From the NCBI GenBank assembly GCA_964550225.1, contig CAZJXT010000001.1:1-48204 (forward strand): a stretch of DNA of 48,204 nucleotides, given 5' to 3'. This stretch comes from an uncultured Candidatus Saccharibacteria bacterium. Lineage in GTDB: Bacteria; Patescibacteriota; Minisyncoccia; Phycocordibacterales; UBA1006. The translations under genes were made by a program, and so were the position numbers. Every line of letters starts with the position of its first letter. Position 1 is the first letter of the stretch. The notes under the pieces are model-generated. The model was not told the DNA's origin, ran no database searches, and saw only the letters and a program-made list of their open reading frames with translations. Of this stretch, positions 35,308 to 41,899 are shown one piece after another.

Positions 35308-35600
35308 TCTGTGGAAAAAGATGTTTATAATGTTTGTATAACTTGCGTATAAAAGGTCTTATAGGTTAGGGAAAACATACCCATCACTCTGTGTATAAAA
35401 AAATATTGTTTTTTTCTCCCCTATTCTCTACCACGTTATCCACAATACATTTTTATGTCTTTTATTAAAAAAACCATTATTTTATAATGGTTTTTTTAAT
35501 ATCCCCACTATCCACACCCCTAATAGTAATAATAATTTATATATATATAAAATTTAAATAAGAAACCTATTGAGTATTTTTTACTCATAAAAATCATCAG
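35308..35600. other. Probable oriC (dnaA-dnaN intergenic region)
   Basis: DnaA boxes: TTATCCACA 35435-35443, CTATCCACA 35508-35516, TGTGGAAAA (= TTTTCCACA) 35310-35318. AT-rich unwinding candidate 35521-35562 (taatagtaataataatttatatatatataaaatttaaataag). Confidence 0.75.
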
Positions 35601-35618
35601 TTGAAATCAAGTCTCTTG

Positions 35619-35627
35619 TGCTATACT
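35619..35627 (+). promoter_or_regulatory. Extended -10 (TGCTATACT), 6 nt upstream of the dnaN ATG
   Basis: ttgTGCTATACTaaaaacATG. Confidence 0.55.
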
Positions 35628-35633
35628 AAAAAC

Positions 35634-36734
35634 ATGAAAGCTGAATGTCTTATTGAAAAACTTAAAAATACGGTTTCGCAAATCGAACGAGTTTCTGGTA
35701 AGAATCTAACATTACCCATTCTTGGATCACTGTTTATTGAAACAGGTGATTCTTGTTTAATAGTACGAGCAACTAATTTAAACATTGGTGCAGAAATATC
35801 AATTCCTGCAAAAATATTAGAATCAGGCTCTGTTGCTGTACCTGCAAACCTTTTTGCTCAGATTTGTAGCGGGTTACAAGGAGATACACCAGTAACCCTC
35901 ACTGTTTCAAATGAAAACCTAGTTATTCAAACAAAAACAGCAAAAATGACCATTAAATCAATGTCTGCTGATGATTTCCCAACAATTCCCCATGTACAAT
36001 CGTCAGATATTTTTGAAATTCCTGCAGAGCAATTTATTTTAGGGGTAAAAGCGGTTGCTTATGCAGCAGCAACATCTGATATCAAGCCTGAAATTTCAAG
36101 TATTTATATCTACCCAGATCAAGAAAATTTGGTATTTGTTGCAACTGATGCGTTTCGACTTGCTGAGAAAAAAATAAAGGTAAAAAACCTTGTTGCTTTT
36201 CCAGAAATATTACTTCCAGTAAAAAACATTCCGGAAATTATTAGAATTCTTGATACCGTCTCTGGAAATGTGCAGGTTGCGGTTGCTGAAAATCAAATAT
36301 CATTTAGTAATGAAATGATTTATTTAACCTCTCGACTAACAGGTGGATCATATCCAAATTATCGACAAATTATTCCCAAAGAAAGCAAAACACAGATTGT
36401 TGTGTTGAAATCAGATATTCAAAACATCCTACGATCACTTACGGTATTTTCTGATAAATTTAATCAAATTGATCTTGTGGTTAATCCGGCTGAAAAAATA
36501 TGCACGGTCACCTCTCGAAATAACGACACGGGTGAAGGAATTATTACCATCGAAGCAGCATTGTCAGGAAGTCCTTTAGAAACAAGGATGAATAACCGAT
36601 ATATCAATGATGCCTTGCAATCAATTACCACAGATTCAGTAACCTTTTCATTTACCGAACCAAATAAGCCGATGATTATTCAAGGAGTTGGAGATACATC
36701 GTTTCTGTATTTGGTAATGCCGATGAATCGATAA
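35634..36734 (+). CDS. dnaN: DNA polymerase III beta sliding clamp
   Basis: 366 aa. Its position after dnaA, the three-domain length and the C-terminal YLVMPM motif fit the beta clamp. Confidence 0.92.
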   Translation: MKAECLIEKLKNTVSQIERVSGKNLTLPILGSLFIETGDSCLIVRATNLNIGAEISIPAKILESGSVAVPANLFAQICSGLQGDTPVTLTVSNENLVIQTKTAKMTIKSMSADDFPTIPHVQSSDIFEIPAEQFILGVKAVAYAAATSDIKPEISSIYIYPDQENLVFVATDAFRLAEKKIKVKNLVAFPEILLPVKNIPEIIRILDTVSGNVQVAVAENQISFSNEMIYLTSRLTGGSYPNYRQIIPKESKTQIVVLKSDIQNILRSLTVFSDKFNQIDLVVNPAEKICTVTSRNNDTGEGIITIEAALSGSPLETRMNNRYINDALQSITTDSVTFSFTEPNKPMIIQGVGDTSFLYLVMPMNR

Positions 36735-36740
36735 TGGTTT

Positions 36741-37001
36741 ATGGAATTTAATCTCAAAGACTATCTTAAAAAATTTGAACAGTTTTTACCTCTTGAGACT
36801 CAAATAAAAAACGCGACGATCAAAGCAGTCTCTGATGTGCTCCACATATCGCTTGAGAGGCAAAAAATTGCCGTTTCTAGAACCAATATCTTCATTACCG
36901 CCCCATCAGTAGTAAAATCAGAAATAGGTCTTAAAAAGGCAAAAATTTTAGAAAAAATTCGAGAGCAGTTACCAGGAATTGTGATTGATAATGTTCAGTA
37001 G
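36741..37001 (+). CDS. DUF721/DciA-like small protein
   Basis: 86 aa directly after dnaN. IAVSRTNIFITAPSVVKSEIGLKKAKILEKIREQL resembles the DUF721 core pattern. Confidence 0.45.
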   Translation: MEFNLKDYLKKFEQFLPLETQIKNATIKAVSDVLHISLERQKIAVSRTNIFITAPSVVKSEIGLKKAKILEKIREQLPGIVIDNVQ

Positions 37002-37017
37002 ATAAAATAAATAAAAT

Positions 37018-37043
37018 AAAAACCCACCGAAAGGTGGGTTTTT
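37018..37043. terminator. Bidirectional intrinsic terminator
   Basis: aaaaacccacc-gaaa-ggtgggttttt. Confidence 0.8.
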
Positions 37044-37061
37044 GTAAATAAGATAAATAAA

Positions 37062-37826
37062 TTACTCAAAATACTCCTCATGTTCTCCGTTTTTGAAAAT
37101 CCAAACATTGTTCCAAAACACACTTTTGTTTGTTGTTTGATAAATATATATCGTCCATATATTTATATGTAAACCAAGATGTTTTTTTACAAAATGAATA
37201 CCTTCACAAGTAGGTCTTTGACAGGTTGCAGGTATAAACGAAACGAGATTTTTGATACCGCTTTTTTCTAATTCAACTAAAAATGGTACAAACTCCTGAG
37301 CACAACCATTCTTTAAAGAACAAGTGCTTCTGAATTTTGTATCAAACTTATTCCGTAGTCGCGATTCACTGAAGTGAAGTTTTGATTTAAAAACTCGGCA
37401 TTCTGATGATGGTTTCAAAAAAACATCATCAGTAAAACCATTTTTTGAGATTAGGTCGCTGTATATTTTAGGAACCTCATCTTTTTCATAGTAATGTTTT
37501 CTAAAAACATTCGGATCTTTGTTATCAGGATCATTTTTGGGTACCTTTTGCCAATCGTTAACCAAAGAAATAAGTTTTGACTGCGGATTTGCTTTTAAAA
37601 GATGTAGTCCGGCCAAAAATGTTTCCATTGGAAATTCTGAAGAATAAGGATCCGTTTTTAATTCGTTTTTAAGAGAAACATTTTTAATTTCTTGATAAAT
37701 ACCAGGTATTAATATGTTATTATCAGGAACAAGTTGATAGTGTCCACACATAATACCAATAGAACCAGTAGATGTTTTTAATTGATTATTTAAAAAATGA
37801 ATGAGTGCAGTTTTACGGTTTTTCAT
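37062..37826 (-). CDS. Hypothetical Cys-containing protein, no recognised family
   Basis: 254 aa ORF bounded by a terminator and an AT-rich promoter region. Confidence 0.45.
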   Translation of the reverse strand: MKNRKTALIHFLNNQLKTSTGSIGIMCGHYQLVPDNNILIPGIYQEIKNVSLKNELKTDPYSSEFPMETFLAGLHLLKANPQSKLISLVNDWQKVPKNDPDNKDPNVFRKHYYEKDEVPKIYSDLISKNGFTDDVFLKPSSECRVFKSKLHFSESRLRNKFDTKFRSTCSLKNGCAQEFVPFLVELEKSGIKNLVSFIPATCQRPTCEGIHFVKKHLGLHINIWTIYIYQTTNKSVFWNNVWIFKNGEHEEYFE

Positions 37827-37969
37827 ATGAAATTGTTTAGATTTATGATAAAGAATACAAAACTTTTTAATTTTTGTGTTTTATGATATAAATTAAGAAC
37901 AGAACAGGTATTATAAAACAAGGTTTTATTAAAAATAATATAAATTTGTTCGTAATAAGTAACAAAAAT

Positions 37970-38758
37970 ATGTATGAATTAGCAGAAAAATTAGAACTTG
38001 TTGGTCTGAATCAAAAAGAGTCTCGCATCTATGCTTATTTACTATCGGTTCCAGGCGCATATCCTTCTGATATTGCTGAAAAAACAAAAATAAACAGAAG
38101 TACTACCTACAAAACTTTGACATCTCTTGCAATAAAAGGACTGGTTGCAGAAATTGAAAAAGGCAAGAAGATTTTTTATCGAAGTGAAAATCCAAAGAAG
38201 TTAAAATACTTGGCAAAAAATAGAATAATGCAGGCAGAGTTAATGAATGATCGGATTGAAAAAATATCACCGATCTTAGAAGGTGTTTTTAATAAAGCGT
38301 CCGGAAGACCAGGTGTTACTTATTATGAAGGAAAGGATGCGGTTGTTAATGCATACATGAGTCATGTTCAGGTTGAAAAAGGATATCAAATGCTTGCTTT
38401 CGTAAGCGTCGTTGATCTTAAAGATTTCCTACCAACAAAACAGTTTAAATTTTATATCAAGGAAAAAGAAAGGTTGGGTATTACAGCAAAAGGTATTACA
38501 TCAACACATTCTTATAGTTATCAATTTTCTGAAGATATGTTTTTAGGAATTAATAAAAAAATATGGCCAGAATTTCACTATATTAAAGAAGACTTATTTA
38601 ATTTTCCTGGAGAAATAACACTATTTGATAACAATAAAATATCAATTGTAAAATTTGATACATTACAACCAATTGCTGTAATTATTGAGGATCAAATGAT
38701 TTATGATGTTTTAAAAGCAATTTTTAATATCGTTTGGAATTACGGCAGTAGTAAGTAA
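37970..38758 (+). CDS. TrmB-family transcriptional regulator
   Basis: LELVGLNQKESRIYAYLLSVPGAYPSDIAEKTKINRSTTYKTLTSLAIKGLV wHTH plus a C-terminal TrmB-like domain. Confidence 0.75.
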   Translation: MYELAEKLELVGLNQKESRIYAYLLSVPGAYPSDIAEKTKINRSTTYKTLTSLAIKGLVAEIEKGKKIFYRSENPKKLKYLAKNRIMQAELMNDRIEKISPILEGVFNKASGRPGVTYYEGKDAVVNAYMSHVQVEKGYQMLAFVSVVDLKDFLPTKQFKFYIKEKERLGITAKGITSTHSYSYQFSEDMFLGINKKIWPEFHYIKEDLFNFPGEITLFDNNKISIVKFDTLQPIAVIIEDQMIYDVLKAIFNIVWNYGSSK

Positions 38759-38764
38759 ATAAAT

Positions 38765-38788
38765 AAAAACCACTGAGAAGTGGTTTTT
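38765..38788. terminator. Bidirectional intrinsic terminator
   Basis: aaaaaccac-tgagaa-gtggttttt. Confidence 0.7.
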
Positions 38789-38791
38789 ATT

Positions 38792-39538
38792 TTATATTTT
38801 GGAATTTTCTCCAAGCGAATCCCATGTAAAATCAAATAAACCTTTTATCATCTGAGTAAAAACAGGAGAATCAATAATAATAGATTCCAGTTTTTCTTTA
38901 TTGAATATAAATAAAGCAACCTTATCTCCATAAATAGTTAAGTCACCAGTAAAGAGATATTTTTCAGGCATTGCACGTACTTCTTGTCCGGAGTCCGACC
39001 GTAGGTGCTGATGTCCATTGTGTACAATAAGTTTTGCAAACACTTGAGACCTTCTTCGTCGTTCAATCCATTGAGGGAAATATTTAGGAAGTACCGAATA
39101 GAGATCTGTGTGAGAAATAGCGAAGACAAATTGAGGCTTGTTTGTTTCAAGATAAGAAATAATATCCTCCCAAACCGTTTTCAAACCTTCTTTACCTGTA
39201 AAAAGCCTTACAGATGAATCTTTTTCTTTAGAAAAATGAGCCACTTGTTTCAAAAGAGGTAACAACTCATCCAAAACAACCTTCTTTTGTTCTAAAAGAA
39301 GTGGAAATTGTTGAATACTTTCAGAAACCCAATATTGTGTTTTATTTTTTCGAAACGAAGAAACAAGCGATTGTTGTTTTAATTCGTTAAGTATCGAATA
39401 AGTAGTAGTCCTAGGAATGTTTAATGCTCGAGATATCTCCAAAACAGTATCCTCCATTTTTTCAAGAAGATAGAGGTACACTTTCGCATGACGTTCTGAT
39501 AGTCCGTATTTTGTAAGAAGGTTAATAATATTCTCCAT
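38792..39538 (-). CDS. TrmB-family transcriptional regulator
   Basis: LTKYGLSERHAKVYLYLLEKMEDTVLEISRALNIPRTTTYSILNELKQQSLV. Confidence 0.75.
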   Translation of the reverse strand: MENIINLLTKYGLSERHAKVYLYLLEKMEDTVLEISRALNIPRTTTYSILNELKQQSLVSSFRKNKTQYWVSESIQQFPLLLEQKKVVLDELLPLLKQVAHFSKEKDSSVRLFTGKEGLKTVWEDIISYLETNKPQFVFAISHTDLYSVLPKYFPQWIERRRRSQVFAKLIVHNGHQHLRSDSGQEVRAMPEKYLFTGDLTIYGDKVALFIFNKEKLESIIIDSPVFTQMIKGLFDFTWDSLGENSKI

Positions 39539-39670
39539 ATTTCATAGATGTCTCAAAAAAAGACACATTTATATTCTATAATATCTTTATAAATAAAGCA
39601 AATATTAGAAATATTATAAATAATGACTAAAAAATAGTACAATACTTGAAATATGTTGTAAAGTATTTAT

Positions 39671-40423
39671 ATGAATAAAGATATAAAAACAAACAATAAA
39701 GAAGCGTGGAATTCATTATATGGACAAAAATATCTTTCAGGGGGTTCGGCACTACCAGCATGGGGTATCACATCAATTGGTTCTGATATAACCCCAAAGA
39801 TTATAACTATTAATAATAAAACAATCTTAGAACTAGGTTGCGGTGACGGACAATCCGTTGAGTATATTTTAAAAAATAAACCAAAACAGTATGTCGGTAT
39901 TGATATATCAGAAGAAGCTATTAAAAAATCAAAAGAAAAATACCAATCAGAACTAGTTCATTTTATCCAAGGTGATATTTCTAAAAAACTACCATTTGCA
40001 GATAATTCATTTGATGAGGTTATCAGTATTTATGGGTTAGGGTGGTCAGAAAATATTGAATTTACCGTACAGGAAATCTATCGCGTATTAAAACCTGGTG
40101 GGAAAATAACATTTAGTTGGGATCATTATCTAGCGAGAGTGGTCGGAGAATCTGATGGAAAAATATTTTTTCAGGGATCATATAACGAAGAAAATCCAAC
40201 CGTTCGTTTTAATTGGAATCAAACAGGTTATAACATTACTTCTTTTCAGGCGAAACCAAGTACGTGGATAAATCTTTTCTTAACAAAAGGATTTCATTTA
40301 CAACATTTTTATGAACTCTCAGCTGATATTAAAAACCAAACAGATCACTCGTTTTCCCAAATCTATTCACTCAGTCGTAGTGAAAAGATCCCTTTTACTT
40401 TATTAATGCAATTTATAAAATAA
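39671..40423 (+). CDS. Class I SAM-dependent methyltransferase
   Basis: ILELGCGDGQS (motif I), DISEEAI, FDEVISIYGL, LKPGGKI. -10 TAAAGT lies 6 nt before the ATG. Confidence 0.8.
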   Translation: MNKDIKTNNKEAWNSLYGQKYLSGGSALPAWGITSIGSDITPKIITINNKTILELGCGDGQSVEYILKNKPKQYVGIDISEEAIKKSKEKYQSELVHFIQGDISKKLPFADNSFDEVISIYGLGWSENIEFTVQEIYRVLKPGGKITFSWDHYLARVVGESDGKIFFQGSYNEENPTVRFNWNQTGYNITSFQAKPSTWINLFLTKGFHLQHFYELSADIKNQTDHSFSQIYSLSRSEKIPFTLLMQFIK

Positions 40424-40425
40424 TT

Positions 40426-41267
40426 ATGAAAAACAATTTTGATAAACAATATAAAAAAATAATCAAAGATTGCCTTGAGCGTGGATTTTTGAGACCGACC
40501 CGTTCTGAAATATCAGCCTATAGTTTAATGGGTTCGGTAATTACTCATGATATGAAAGAGGGTTTTCCATTGTCTACGTTGCGTAAAATGCCCCAGAAAA
40601 GCATGCGTGTAGAAACAGAGTTTTATCTCAAAGGATATACAGATAAAAAGTGGCTCCAAGATCGAGGATGTCACTTCTGGGACCATTGGTCTAACAAAAC
40701 ATCAGATGATGAAAATGATCTTGGTCCAACCTATGGTTTCGAATGGCGACATTTTGGTGCAGACTATAAAGGTATTGGTGACTATACCGGACAGGGGGGG
40801 TTGATCAAATTAAATGGGTTATTGAAAAACTAAAAAAGTATCCCGAAAATAAGAGACTTGTTGTTTCACAATGGAATCCAAAAGATATTGATCAACAGGC
40901 TATTCCGCCGTGTCCTTTTGCCTTTCAATTACTTAAACATGGTGATGAATTAAATTTAATTTTTTACCAAAGAAGCGCAGATGTATGCTTAGGACTTCCA
41001 AACGATTTTGCACAACATGCACTTCTTCTTGAGTTGTTCTGTAAAGAAGTTGGATATAAACCAGGAAAAGTAATTGGAATGTTTGGACAAGTAGAGCTTT
41101 ACGAGAATCATATTGAGGGTGCAAAAGAATTATTAAAACGAAGAAGTAAAAAACTTCCTCAAGTGATTACTGAAAAATTCAAAACAATATTTGATTGGTC
41201 TTATGAAGATACGCAGGTTATTAATTATAAATCAGGGGAGGTAATTAAATTCCCCATAGCAATTTAA
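40426..41267 (+). pseudogene. Thymidylate synthase (ThyA) family homologue, split by a frameshift in a G7 run; Asp at the Asn177-equivalent position
   Basis: Frame 1 (40426-40800) reads ...GFPL..LRK...FWDHW...DLGPTYGFEWRHFG...DYTGQGG. The -1 frame from 40800 reads VDQIKWVIEKLKKYPENKRLVVSQWNP...IPPCPFAFQ...YQRSADVCLGLPNDFAQHALL...LYENH...PIAI*, collinear with ThyA. Confidence 0.8.
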
Positions 41268-41278
41268 TCTAAATAATT

Positions 41279-41857
41279 ATGAAAAAAATTTCAATTATCG
41301 GAAAATCAACAGTAGATAGTAACTCGCAAGAATTTAAAATGATTCACAGTCTTGCAAAAAAACTAGTAGAAAATGGTAGAGGTGTTATTCATGGAGGATA
41401 CGCAGGAGGAATTATGGAAGCCGTATCGAATGGTGCACATGAAGCGATTCAAGAAAATAATTTATCAAAAGAGTTTAATCTAGGGATCCCTGAAGAACGA
41501 TTTGATAAAGATTGGCCTCGAGTAGAAGGTGCTCATTTTTCAGATCCATCAAAAGATATTTTTGATCGATTAAGATTAGTCACCGCAGGAGATGTTGTTG
41601 TCGTGGCACCAATTGGTGGTGATGGGACAGCTCTTGAAGTTGATATTGTTATTCATGAAAACCTTCTCACAAAATATTCAGGAGAAAAAATAAAACCAGT
41701 TATTTTTTTAGAAACAGAAAACGGTACAAAATGGAAAGAATTTATTTCAAGTAGGAACTTATTAGCTACAAGTGAAAAAATTTTGGAAAAAGATTGGATT
41801 TATTTTGTAAAAAATATAGATGATATTATAACAATTATTAATAATCATACACAATAA
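41279..41857 (+). CDS. LOG/TIGR00730-like Rossmann-fold protein (possible nucleotide N-glycosidase)
   Basis: HGGYAGGIMEAV and PIGGDGTALE resemble the GGGxGxM and PGGxGTxxE LOG motifs. Confidence 0.6.
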   Translation: MKKISIIGKSTVDSNSQEFKMIHSLAKKLVENGRGVIHGGYAGGIMEAVSNGAHEAIQENNLSKEFNLGIPEERFDKDWPRVEGAHFSDPSKDIFDRLRLVTAGDVVVVAPIGGDGTALEVDIVIHENLLTKYSGEKIKPVIFLETENGTKWKEFISSRNLLATSEKILEKDWIYFVKNIDDIITIINNHTQ

Positions 41858-41864
41858 AAACCGC

Positions 41865-41886
41865 ATATGCGGTTTTTATTGTTTTT
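41865..41886. terminator. Bidirectional intrinsic terminator
   Basis: aaaaaccgcatatgcggttttt. Confidence 0.8.
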
Positions 41887-41899
41887 ATTTGATTACTAA

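Noticed and set aside
35474-35497. A hairpin plus T7 run ~165 nt downstream of the dnaA stop, considered as the dnaA terminator.
   Set aside because: It was not listed as a separate terminator feature because it lies between DnaA boxes inside the putative oriC. It may terminate dnaA transcription, but it could equally be an origin structural element, and sequence alone cannot distinguish these.
37062-37826. The 254-aa Cys-containing protein, considered as the missing ThiD-like kinase (BcmD equivalent) of the putative pyrimidine cassette.
   Set aside because: No ribokinase/ThiD motifs (e.g. a GG/GAG anion hole or GTGC-type C-terminal motif) are visible. It is on the opposite strand and separated from the cassette by two regulators, so it is left as hypothetical.
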